DNA of 64,000 nucleotides from a virus. The notes beneath the pieces are model-generated. The model was not told the origin of the DNA and searched no databases. It saw nothing but the letters and a program-made list of their open reading frames with translations. Position 1 is the first letter of the stretch. Each line of letters opens with the position of its first letter. Where the stretch lies: positions 5,157 to 69,156 of IMG/VR virus record IMGVR_UViG_3300013094_000037. One strand, written 5' to 3'. A program made the position numbers and the translations under genes. Of the stretch, positions 51,848-60,726 are shown in pieces.

Positions 51848-53028
51848 TATCTCAGTCCTTGAGGATCATTAATATTCTGAAAGCCCTTTTGTAGACGGCC
51901 TCTATCAACAATTTCGAGTTCTTTGAATTGTAATGTCAATGTTGTTTGAACAGGAACACCATCAGTGTGTGCGGCAAAACCATTTGGTGCATAGTTAACA
52001 TCAATGTTTTCCAATACACAGTCAGCATATTTTGGAAGATATTGATTCTCTGCACCTTTAACTTTGAATTGAACCGAAAACAAAGAAGGTGGAACCAAAT
52101 ACATGCTTTGACTTGATACCGCAGCGCCACTTGTTAGTGTTGGTGCAGCATGATATTTGAATTTATAAATGATATTATCTACAGCCTTTGCTTCTTGCTG
52201 TGATTTTGGTGTGAATGTAAATGATAGTTGAAAGGTTCTCATTGAAAGACCTTTATATACCATTTGAACTTGTGGATTAATTGCTAGACCTTGACCTTGC
52301 AATAAAATTGAATTTAGTGCCGAACTATCAGCACCAATATTTCCTGCCAGATTGGAACCTGCTTGCACTGCTAATCCGATTGCATTTGGGTCAGAAGAAA
52401 CTGCACCAAAAACTTTTTTACCTGTTTTTATATCAAACCCACCACCAGCGGCAGCATCACCAAAAGGTTTTGCAAGTTGGTCTAATGACCTTAAATTATT
52501 GATTGTGTCACCTAAAGCATCTCTTAGACTGACCTCAGAATATTCTGCATTATAAGTTGCAGTTAATGTGTCTGGCATATACAATGAGATGATTGTATCT
52601 AACTTTTTAACTGGTGGAGAGATTGAAAGGCCCTCTTTTAGTGTAGTTGAAATACCATTCACCAAATTTGTACCAATGCTTGCTAATTCTGGTGATAGTT
52701 TTGATGCCAAATTATTAATTGTACCAAGAACTGATTGTCCTGTTTGTGTTCCAGCACCTTGTTGAATCAAACCACCAAGAGCGGTTGTTGAATTTAGTTT
52801 TAAATTAGGTTGACTTGGTGTTGTCTCATAAGATGCAGGCACAACCTCTTTGATAGAGAATTGAACATAGTGTGTTTTTGTCGCATCCGTAGCAAGTTCT
52901 TGTGGATAATTCAGAGTTGTTAGACTTTTACCACCAAAAAGTGCAGCCAAAGGTCCGCTTGCCACCTGACCTAGTGCTCCAGGTAGTGCTACACCACCTA
53001 CTGCTGTTGGAATTGAAATTATTGCCAT
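51847..53028 (-). CDS. 48: Baseplate tail-tube cap gp48
   Basis: ISLYMP, AINPQVQMVYKG..RTFQLSFTFTPKS..EA and LTLQFKELE motifs. Confidence 0.85.
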   Translation of the reverse strand: MAIISIPTAVGGVALPGALGQVASGPLAALFGGKSLTTLNYPQELATDATKTHYVQFSIKEVVPASYETTPSQPNLKLNSTTALGGLIQQGAGTQTGQSVLGTINNLASKLSPELASIGTNLVNGISTTLKEGLSISPPVKKLDTIISLYMPDTLTATYNAEYSEVSLRDALGDTINNLRSLDQLAKPFGDAAAGGGFDIKTGKKVFGAVSSDPNAIGLAVQAGSNLAGNIGADSSALNSILLQGQGLAINPQVQMVYKGLSMRTFQLSFTFTPKSQQEAKAVDNIIYKFKYHAAPTLTSGAAVSSQSMYLVPPSLFSVQFKVKGAENQYLPKYADCVLENIDVNYAPNGFAAHTDGVPVQTTLTLQFKELEIVDRGRLQKGFQNINDPQGLR

Positions 53029-53055
53029 GTTCGTCTTAAAATGAGGAATATATAC

Positions 53056-53063
53056 TATTTATG
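53056..53063 (-). promoter_or_regulatory. Late promoter (CATAAATA) for the gp48-gp53 baseplate operon at the divergent junction
   Basis: TAAATA 27 nt upstream of the gp48 ATG, overlapping the gp4 start on the opposite strand. Confidence 0.6.
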
Positions 53064-53495
53064 GCTTATTCTGGAAGATTTACACCTAAGAATCCACAAA
53101 AGTATGTGGGTGACTATAAAAACATCATTTACCGCTCATCGTGGGAATGCAAAGTCATGACATGGTTGGACAAAAACCCTGATATTATATCTTGGGCGTC
53201 CGAAGAACTCATCATACCTTATGTATCTCCTGTGGATGGAAAGTACCACCGATACTTTCCTGACTTCCTGGTCAAGGTTAGAACCAAAGATGGTAAGTTA
53301 AAAACACTTATGATTGAGGTCAAACCCAAGAAGCAGACCATGGAACCAGAGAAAAAGAAAAGAGTGACCAAGCAATACATTCAAGAAGTGGTAACTTACG
53401 GTGTGAATCAAGCAAAGTGGAAAGCCGCAAATGAGTATTGTCTTGACCGTGGTTGGGAGTTCAAAATCTTCACTGAAGACCATCTAGGTCTCTAA
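53061..53495 (+). CDS. 4: Head completion nuclease gp4
   Basis: YRSSWE, WASEE, HRYFPDF, IEVKP and NQAKWKAA motifs. Confidence 0.94.
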   Translation: MAYSGRFTPKNPQKYVGDYKNIIYRSSWECKVMTWLDKNPDIISWASEELIIPYVSPVDGKYHRYFPDFLVKVRTKDGKLKTLMIEVKPKKQTMEPEKKKRVTKQYIQEVVTYGVNQAKWKAANEYCLDRGWEFKIFTEDHLGL

Positions 53496-53502
53496 CTAAA
53501 TA
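53495..53502 (+). promoter_or_regulatory. Late promoter (ACTAAATA), 4 nt before the gp2 ATG
   Basis: TAAATA-GAAG-ATG. Confidence 0.6.
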
Positions 53503-53506
53503 GAAG

Positions 53507-54136
53507 ATGGCAACATCTAAACTAACCTCACTTGCAGAACAAAAGACGGCTCTTGGTCATAAAACTATGTCCAAAGATGCTACCGTATGGTTGCAAGGAA
53601 AGATATCTGAACTGAAAAAAGGCCAGATTTCTCAAATACCATCTACTATAAACCGTGAAAAGTTTAGGCAGATGAACCAGTTTAGACTGGGAATGATGTA
53701 TTGTTTCTATTACGACCCTAAAACAAAGGCAGATTTGCCATATTGGGATAGATTTCCAATGGTTTTGGTGCTAGAAAGATACAATGATGGTTTCTTGGGA
53801 CTGAATATACACTATCTTCCTGTTAAATGGCGTATTGCTTTTATGAACAAGCTGATGAGATATGCACAGTTGACACCTAATGATGATATACAAAGAATGA
53901 GAATCTCATATGACATTCTGAATGCAACCAAAAAGTATGCTGAGTTTAAACCATGTTTGAAAAGATACTTGCATAGCCACATTCGTTCTAGATTGTTGAT
54001 GATTCAACCTAATGAATGGGATGTTGCAACATTGCTACCTATACAACAATTTAGAGGTGCCAAACCACAAGAAGTCTGGAGAGACTCGGTTCAAGAGTGG
54101 AAAGACCATATGGCACATTTTAACCAAGAAGAATAA
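53507..54136 (+). CDS. 2: DNA end protector protein gp2
   Basis: YDPKTKADLPYWDRFP, FLGLNIHYLP and PCLKRYL motifs. Confidence 0.93.
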   Translation: MATSKLTSLAEQKTALGHKTMSKDATVWLQGKISELKKGQISQIPSTINREKFRQMNQFRLGMMYCFYYDPKTKADLPYWDRFPMVLVLERYNDGFLGLNIHYLPVKWRIAFMNKLMRYAQLTPNDDIQRMRISYDILNATKKYAEFKPCLKRYLHSHIRSRLLMIQPNEWDVATLLPIQQFRGAKPQEVWRDSVQEWKDHMAHFNQEE

Positions 54137-54138
54137 AA

Positions 54139-54777
54139 ATGAATTCAAACATTTCATCGTTTTTAAGTTCATTTAAGGGTGATATTGCAAGACCAAATAG
54201 GTTTGATGTTACCATTAATGCGCCCATTCCTTTACTTCCATACATTGCGACCAGTCGTAACTTGACCTTTAGATGTGAGAGTGCACAGTTGCCAAGCAGA
54301 ACTTTTGCAACTACCGACCAAAAGTTTGGTGCAAACCCTATTGAAAAACATGCATATCAGTCAAACTATAATGAGTCTGAAATGACTTTCATTGTTTCAG
54401 ATAACATGTCCGAAAAGATTTTCTTTGATGCATGGATGGAGTTTATCAACCCAACCATCTCATTTGATTTCAATTACAGAAACGATTACATATCTACACT
54501 ACAAGTAAACCAATACAGTGTAGATAACAAATTGACATACTCGGTTAACTTGATTGATGCATTTCCAGTTTCTGTAAATCAATTAGACCTAGACTGGTCT
54601 AATGATGGTCACCACAAATTGACCGTTGTTTTTGCTTACAGATACTGGCAAAACAATTCTATTCAAGCACTTGGTTCCAGCCTATTGCAGGCTGGTATTT
54701 CTAGTGTTCTTAACAACACAGGTGGTTTGACAGGTTTGACAGCTAATGGAATTAATGCGATAACAAATAATTTTTAA
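54139..54777 (+). CDS. Tail tube initiator / gp19-family paralogue (gp54-like)
   Basis: ARPNRFDV, CESAQLP, FDAWMEFI and DAFPVSV motifs of the tube-protein fold. Confidence 0.78.
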   Translation: MNSNISSFLSSFKGDIARPNRFDVTINAPIPLLPYIATSRNLTFRCESAQLPSRTFATTDQKFGANPIEKHAYQSNYNESEMTFIVSDNMSEKIFFDAWMEFINPTISFDFNYRNDYISTLQVNQYSVDNKLTYSVNLIDAFPVSVNQLDLDWSNDGHHKLTVVFAYRYWQNNSIQALGSSLLQAGISSVLNNTGGLTGLTANGINAITNNF

Positions 54778-54794
54778 TGATTTGAGGAGATATA

Positions 54795-55517
54795 ATGGCT
54801 TTACCAAAAATTGATACACCAATCTATGATTTGACTTTACCGCTATCTAAGAAACTGATTCGTTTTAGACCTTTCTTGGTCAAAGAACAACGTAATCTTA
54901 TGATGGCAATGGAATCAGACGATAAAGAAACTATTCAAAAGAACATCAAACAAGTTTTACATAACTGTACCTTGACAGAGAATGTAGACATTGATTCTTT
55001 ACCTATTCTTGATATTGAATACTATTTCATTCAACTGAGGGCCCGTTCTGTTGGTGAAGTTGTTGAAAACAAATATCGTTGTGAGAACGTTGTTAACGGT
55101 GCTCCATGTGGTCATTTGATGGAAAACAAATTCAACTTGTTGGAAATCAAAGTTAACCAAAGTGATGTTAAAGATGAAATTCAATTGACCGATAAGATTA
55201 GCATTAAGCTAAGTTATCCGAAGTTTTCAGTATTGAATGCTTCAGCACAAATTGAAACTGCAACTGATATGGCATTTGAAATGATTATAAGCAGCATTGT
55301 TCACATTTTTGATGGTGAGCAATTTTACTATGCAAATGAAGTTGCAAAAGAAGAATTTGTTGAATTTATTGAATCTTTGAATACTGACCAATTTGGAAAG
55401 ATTGAAGAATTCTTTGACAACCTACCTACATTGAATAAGACCCTTGAAATGGACTGTGGTAAGTGTGGTTTTCACCATACGATTGAGGTGGAAGGGTTAG
55501 AAAATTTTTTCGGGTAA
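54795..55517 (+). CDS. 26: Baseplate hub assembly protein gp26
   Basis: MALPKI..P.Y, RPFLVKEQ and LRARSVGE motifs, Cys pairs; ends EGLENFFG. Confidence 0.9.
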   Translation: MALPKIDTPIYDLTLPLSKKLIRFRPFLVKEQRNLMMAMESDDKETIQKNIKQVLHNCTLTENVDIDSLPILDIEYYFIQLRARSVGEVVENKYRCENVVNGAPCGHLMENKFNLLEIKVNQSDVKDEIQLTDKISIKLSYPKFSVLNASAQIETATDMAFEMIISSIVHIFDGEQFYYANEVAKEEFVEFIESLNTDQFGKIEEFFDNLPTLNKTLEMDCGKCGFHHTIEVEGLENFFG

Positions 55518-55705
55518 CATTTCGTCATGATACATTAAGAAATTATTATACGACAAACTTTGCATTGATGCAACATCACAAATACAGTTTGTCGGAACTT
55601 GAAGGTATGATACCTTGGGAGCGTGAAGTTTACGTTACTATGCTTGCTCAGTATATTGAAGAAGAAAATGAGAAGATAAAACAAAGAAACATGGAACGTA
55701 GATGA
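55511..55705 (+). CDS. gp51-like baseplate hub assembly catalyst in the -1 frame relative to gp26 (first ATG at 55568)
   Basis: Not in the ORF track. Reads RVTFRHDTLRNYYTTNFALMQHHKYSLSELEGMIPWEREVYVTMLAQYIEEENEK...; stop overlaps the next ATG (ATGA). Confidence 0.82.
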   Translation, partial: RVTFRHDTLRNYYTTNFALMQHHKYSLSELEGMIPWEREVYVTMLAQYIEEENEKIKQRNMERR

Positions 55706-57297
55706 AAAAATCAATATTCGATGAGTTAATGAGAAGTGGTGAAATCGAAAGAATGTTCAAAGATAATAAAATCAATGAATTTTTAAATAGTGGACAACTT
55801 TCGGAAAATCAACTTAAAGAAATCAGAGAATTCAGTAAAAAACTCAGTCAAGAAGAACTGGAAAGAAGGCAATATGAAGTTGCTACTTTACCGGGTTGGG
55901 CGGAATCACAATTAACACCCGTAATAAAGAAGGTCAAAGAACAACAAAAACCGGCTGCTGAATCTAAGAAACCTAATGTAGAAAAAGTAGCTGAGATAAT
56001 GTCTAAAAAGACAACTACAGATACCAAAGACATTACTAAAGGTTTATCTAAGCGCAAGTCTACTGCAAAGCCAGCAGCAGCAACACCAAACACAGCAAAG
56101 AAAGTCGGTAATGTAAACACCGGCTTCTATGCTGATGCCGTTTCTGCAAGTAAACCTAAACTACGTAGTGGTGATAGTGCTGCCAACATTGGTGCAAAAA
56201 TCTATGCTGTTATACAACAAGACATAGAAGAACAAAGAACTAGAAAAGAGTTGTCTAAAAACTTTGAAGAAGAAAAATGGGAAAGAGAACAGCGTGAACA
56301 TAAAGAGTTGATGGACGCTATAAAGAAAGCACAACAACCAAAAGTTCCAAAGGCAAAACCTAAAAAAGAATTACCTGCACGTGATGAAAAAGGTAGATTC
56401 ATTAAGAAAGAACCTGAGAAAGCACCTGCACCGGCTCCTGCTCCAGCACCAGCGGCTAAACCATCACCTGCTCCCGCACCGGCTCCTGCCGCAAAGCCAG
56501 CACCGGCTCCAGCGCCTGCACCTTCAGCGGTAAAAGCACCTGCACCGGCTCCAGCACCGCCAGCAGTTACAAAAGCACCTGTTGTTGAGGCTGCACCAAA
56601 GATACCAACTGCGGTTAAAGCTGGCGCTGCTGCCGTTGCCGTTGGTGTTGCAGGTTATGAGTTAGCAAAAAATACTATCTTGAAACATGAGGGATTCAAG
56701 ACTAGACCATATAAAGATAGCAAAGGTTTATGGACTGTTGGTGTTGGTCACCTTATTGGTGATGGTAAGAGTTTACCTAAAGAGTTTGACCGTGAATTCT
56801 CAAGAGAAGAAATTCAAGCATTGTATGAAGAAGATTTCAAAGAACATAAAAAGGCTGCCGAGAAAATTCCTGGCTATAACAATCTGAATGAAAAAGGTCA
56901 AACTGCATTGATTGATTTGACATTCAACATGGGTCCAAGTTGGTATAAAAAATGGCCTATGCTTGTCAAACAACTAGAAGCAGGAGATATAGAAGGTGCT
57001 GCTAGAAACTTAGAGGGGAGTGATTGGTATAAGCAAGTTAAGTCTAGAGGTCCTGAAGTTGTTGCTTTATTGAGACAAGGTAAAAAAGATAGCGCAAGTG
57101 ATGTTACTGCACCACCTATACCTGGATCAAAAGTGAATTCAGATTCTGTTGAAAATAAAGACTTGAAGACACCATCTAAACAAACAACAGTTGTAGTAAA
57201 TAATACACAAACTAACGTGGTAACAGGTTCAACACCACAAAAACAAGTAATTAGCACCTCAACACCATCAGAAAAACCAGCAATATTAGGTACATAA
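55702..57297 (+). CDS. Tape-measure-like/virion core protein with Pro-Ala linker and T4-type (GH24) lysozyme domain
   Basis: HEGFKTRPYKDSKGLWTVGVGH gives the E-x8-D-x5-T catalytic triad; FNMG motif; long APAPAP linker. Confidence 0.8.
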   Translation: MKKSIFDELMRSGEIERMFKDNKINEFLNSGQLSENQLKEIREFSKKLSQEELERRQYEVATLPGWAESQLTPVIKKVKEQQKPAAESKKPNVEKVAEIMSKKTTTDTKDITKGLSKRKSTAKPAAATPNTAKKVGNVNTGFYADAVSASKPKLRSGDSAANIGAKIYAVIQQDIEEQRTRKELSKNFEEEKWEREQREHKELMDAIKKAQQPKVPKAKPKKELPARDEKGRFIKKEPEKAPAPAPAPAPAAKPSPAPAPAPAAKPAPAPAPAPSAVKAPAPAPAPPAVTKAPVVEAAPKIPTAVKAGAAAVAVGVAGYELAKNTILKHEGFKTRPYKDSKGLWTVGVGHLIGDGKSLPKEFDREFSREEIQALYEEDFKEHKKAAEKIPGYNNLNEKGQTALIDLTFNMGPSWYKKWPMLVKQLEAGDIEGAARNLEGSDWYKQVKSRGPEVVALLRQGKKDSASDVTAPPIPGSKVNSDSVENKDLKTPSKQTTVVVNNTQTNVVTGSTPQKQVISTSTPSEKPAILGT

Positions 57298-57298
57298 C

Positions 57299-58792
57299 AT
57301 GGCAAGTAATAAAATGTCTTATCAAAGAGCAAGAGGCCTTAAAAACAAAGGCCTTGGCTCACTTATTGTGGATAGAATTGTATCAGGTGAGGGAGTTGGT
57401 CGTTCCATTAAATCTTCCATTTCAGACAAAACTGTTGCTAAGTTTACACGCATCAAAGAAAAGTTTGACCCATTAAACATCGGTAAAGCTGTTGGTGGTC
57501 GCCTTGGTGCTTATGCATTGGGTAGATTGACTGGTCGTAGCAATGAAGACATTTCTTATTTTACTGGCACAAGAATCAAAGCAAAACCTGTTGAAGCAAA
57601 AATGAATCCATTGGTGACCAAAGTTGCTGAAGGTGACCGTAGAAAACTGAAGCGTGGTGATGGTCTTGCTGATGTAATGTCCAAAGTTTACAATCTTATT
57701 AAATCAAACATTGAAGACCAAAAAACACAACACGAAGTTGAACATGCTGAGAACCTTGGTAAAGAAAAACAACGTAGTAAGTGGCATGAAGAATTGATTA
57801 AAGCATTGTGTGGTTTTAGTGGTAAAACAACTACTGTAACTGTTCAGAAAAAAGATGGTGGTGGTTTTCTTGATGGCATCATCAAAATGGTTGAAGACTT
57901 TGTTGAAAACATGTTTGGTGGAATGTTAAAGAAAATTAAAGATTTCTTTTCTGGTGGCATCTTTGAATCACTATTCAACTTCTTAAAAGGTCCTGTCTTT
58001 AGATTACTTTCTTCTGGTGCAAAATGGTTGTTTGCACTATTAACCGGTCCTGAAGCATTGATTGCCGCATTGGTTGCCGGTGGTCTTGCCGCTGCCATTT
58101 TTGCAGGTAGAACCTTGGCTTCATTCTTTGAAAAATCTCAAGAAGATAAAGCACAAGAACAAGGTGGCAAGAAAGCAGTTGCAGCATTACAGAAACAACG
58201 TGCCGCTAATGATGCTTTGAATGAATCTGGAATGGAATCGGAAGAACAATCCAAAGCAAAAGAAGAATATGATGCCGCAGTAAAAGAAAAGCAAGGTCTT
58301 GTTACCGCTTACATGAATAAGAAGGGCTATAAAAAGTTCAAGAAAACTTTTATGGGCTTTGAAACTGGTGGTGTAACATTTGAAGATAAGAATGGTAAAG
58401 AAGCACCAGAATCTTTACTAAAAGAGGCAAATGATTTTGCCGATAAATCATTGGAGAAAACGGCTACACCTGTTGCACCAGCGGCACAGCAAACGGCAGT
58501 ACCAGCAGAATCTAAACCTGCATCGGCATCACCTGGAGCACCCTCAACTGCAACCTCCGCACCACCAGAACCAAGCGGAACTGGTGCGAGAGTGCAATCT
58601 GCTATCAGTCAGAACAATGATATGAATTTAGAACCTAGCGCACCACAGGTTGTTACGATAGACAATTCAAAATCTATCAATGCAGGTGGCGGTTCTTCTG
58701 CTCCCGCTGTGTCTATGGATAGTTCCGTTACCGTCAGAACGGATGACCCAACCTTACAAAACATCTTTAAGAAACTTGCAAGGCAGGTATAA
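57299..58792 (+). CDS. Tape-measure-like protein with hydrophobic segment
   Basis: Helical charged protein with a central hydrophobic stretch (LFALLTGPEALIAALVAGGLAAAIFAG); shares a motif with the preceding ORF. Confidence 0.6.
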   Translation: MASNKMSYQRARGLKNKGLGSLIVDRIVSGEGVGRSIKSSISDKTVAKFTRIKEKFDPLNIGKAVGGRLGAYALGRLTGRSNEDISYFTGTRIKAKPVEAKMNPLVTKVAEGDRRKLKRGDGLADVMSKVYNLIKSNIEDQKTQHEVEHAENLGKEKQRSKWHEELIKALCGFSGKTTTVTVQKKDGGGFLDGIIKMVEDFVENMFGGMLKKIKDFFSGGIFESLFNFLKGPVFRLLSSGAKWLFALLTGPEALIAALVAGGLAAAIFAGRTLASFFEKSQEDKAQEQGGKKAVAALQKQRAANDALNESGMESEEQSKAKEEYDAAVKEKQGLVTAYMNKKGYKKFKKTFMGFETGGVTFEDKNGKEAPESLLKEANDFADKSLEKTATPVAPAAQQTAVPAESKPASASPGAPSTATSAPPEPSGTGARVQSAISQNNDMNLEPSAPQVVTIDNSKSINAGGGSSAPAVSMDSSVTVRTDDPTLQNIFKKLARQV

Positions 58793-58817
58793 AAAACCCC
58801 GCACTAGGCGGGGTCTT
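58791..58817 (-). terminator. Rho-independent terminator between convergent genes (strongest for gp32)
   Basis: Minus strand reads ACCCCGC-CTAGT-GCGGGGT followed by a T run. Confidence 0.85.
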
Positions 58818-58821
58818 CATC

Positions 58822-59703
58822 TTACTCGTCAGCCAACTTGCTGAAGTAGGCCAAATCGTCATCATCATCGGTAACCAATTCAGGTTCTTCCTGAACTGGT
58901 TTCTTAGGTGCAGATTTCAATGTCTCTACTGTGGTCTTAGGCATTGGTGTATCACCATTCAAACCTAGAACCTTTTCAAGGCGAGCCTTCAAGTCATCAT
59001 AAGACTTGAATTCTTTGTCTGCAACCAACTCTGCAAGAGAGTGTTCTGACTTCCAAATCTTTTCCAACTCATCGTCATCATCCAACAAAGCGGATGAAGC
59101 GGCGAATTCAGACTTGTCATAGTTTTGATAGCCAGCAACCTTAGTGATACGCAACTTGAAGTTAGCACCAGTCCACAGGTCAAACGGATTGATTGCTGTT
59201 TCATCTTCAAAAGCAGGATTCATTGCACCTGTAATCTTCTCAAAAATCTTTGCACCGAACTTGAACAACTTAACTTGTCCTTCATTTTCTGGATGCTTAG
59301 GATCAGAAACGATATACACGTTAGCAATGTAATTCAACTTACGTTTTTGCTTACGAACGATTTCTTTGTTGGCTTCAATGCCAGAATTCCACAACTTGTT
59401 ATTGTGTTCACACACAGGACATTGTTGATTCTTGGTAGTCAGGCAGTTATCAATCAACCAACCGCCACTTCCCTGGAATCCATGTGAGAACACCTTAACC
59501 CATGGTAACGCATCGTCACCATCTACAGCAGGAGCAGGAAGAAAACGAATAACGGCCGATCCGTTCCCAATTTTATCAACCTCAGGTCGCCAGTAATTGT
59601 CTTTATTGTCAGCACCAGAAGATGATGAGTTTAGTGCTTCAACGGCTTTGGCCAATTTATCCAAGTTGCCGGAGTTTCTTTTAAGATTTGCAAATGATGT
59701 CAT
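58822..59703 (-). CDS. 32: Single-stranded DNA-binding protein gp32
   Basis: AVIRFLPAP, HGFQ, NCLTT...CPVC and NYDKSEF motifs; acidic tail DDDDDLAYFSKLADE. Confidence 0.96.
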   Translation of the reverse strand: MTSFANLKRNSGNLDKLAKAVEALNSSSSGADNKDNYWRPEVDKIGNGSAVIRFLPAPAVDGDDALPWVKVFSHGFQGSGGWLIDNCLTTKNQQCPVCEHNNKLWNSGIEANKEIVRKQKRKLNYIANVYIVSDPKHPENEGQVKLFKFGAKIFEKITGAMNPAFEDETAINPFDLWTGANFKLRITKVAGYQNYDKSEFAASSALLDDDDELEKIWKSEHSLAELVADKEFKSYDDLKARLEKVLGLNGDTPMPKTTVETLKSAPKKPVQEEPELVTDDDDDLAYFSKLADE

Positions 59704-59772
59704 ATTATTTCCTTTATATAACGGTGTGTAAAAAATATTAACGGATTATCCACTTAAACATAACAAAAGTTT

Positions 59773-59801
59773 ATTTTATAATAAAATACAAGAGTTGTCA
59801 A
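59773..59801 (-). promoter_or_regulatory. Sigma70-type early promoter for gp32
   Basis: Minus strand TTGACA-N17-TAAAAT. Confidence 0.8.
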
Positions 59802-60226
59802 GCATACTCCCAAAGATAACCATATGAATACCGAATAATACCTTGGCAACATTTGGAGATTTGGTTATAATTTTTTGCATTGATTTTTCTTGCGGCAGAA
59901 CGGACACTATCATGTATTGCAATGAGATTGCCGTCCATATCAAACTGTTTGACCTTTTTACCCTGCAATTGGGTTAAAATTTCAATATTCTTTTTTCTAT
60001 TCTGTTCTATGGTTTCAGCCTTATGCTTTTTGCCAAAGAATTGGTTTTGTTTTCCTACTTTTGTGGATTGCATTTCAGATAAATGTTTTTTAGTTTCATC
60101 ATCATGTTTGCAACCATAAAATGGATTACTTTCACCAATGGGTGATTGTATAAATTCTGTTTCTTCAAACTTGAAAGTTTTACAGAATTCTTTTAAGTCC
60201 TCTAAGAAAAAATCTAGGTCGTTCAT
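59798..60226 (-). CDS. NUMOD3/NUMOD1 DNA-binding protein (homing-endonuclease-derived, no evident nuclease domain)
   Basis: Two NUMOD3-like motifs (NPFYGCKHDDETK, NQFFGKKHKAET) and a NUMOD1-like KVKQFDMDGNLI...SVRSAAR...ISKCC...GYLWEY. Confidence 0.8.
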   Translation of the reverse strand: MNDLDFFLEDLKEFCKTFKFEETEFIQSPIGESNPFYGCKHDDETKKHLSEMQSTKVGKQNQFFGKKHKAETIEQNRKKNIEILTQLQGKKVKQFDMDGNLIAIHDSVRSAARKINAKNYNQISKCCQGIIRYSYGYLWEYA

Positions 60227-60234
60227 ATACCTAT

Positions 60235-60726
60235 TTATCCACGCAACAATGCGTCCAAGATACTAATTGTTGTCAAGGCATCTTTGTGAAGAATACCAGT
60301 ACCACCTGCTTTATTCCAATCATCAATAACAGAAGGTGTGTCATCAATGATTATGGAATTTTCGTCAGCAAATTTATACTTGAACTGTTTGCCAGGTACA
60401 AAGTTTGCAGGATAGTTAATGTTGTGTTTGCCAAGCCAGATTTCCTTTTGACGGGAGATTTCAGCATTGCTCACTGGTCGTGCAGTAGAAGAAAGAATCT
60501 CTACAGGCACACCACAAGTTTTGAGGTACGACAACAATTCTGTTGCATCAGGCATCAGGTCAAGGGTTTGAAATTCCTTGTTTTGAATGAATGCACCGAA
60601 TCTTGCACCAAAACGCTTACGTGCATCATCATGTGACGGACTACAATCATACAATTCTCGGTATCGTTTGGTGAAGTCAGCAATCACACCATCCATATCA
60701 AGATAGATTTTGGTAAATTTATGCAT
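60235..60726 (-). CDS. HAD-superfamily 5'(3')-deoxyribonucleotidase-like protein
   Basis: YLDMDGVIADF, ILSS, IIIDD and WNKAGGTGILH motifs. Confidence 0.88.
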   Translation of the reverse strand: MHKFTKIYLDMDGVIADFTKRYRELYDCSPSHDDARKRFGARFGAFIQNKEFQTLDLMPDATELLSYLKTCGVPVEILSSTARPVSNAEISRQKEIWLGKHNINYPANFVPGKQFKYKFADENSIIIDDTPSVIDDWNKAGGTGILHKDALTTISILDALLRG

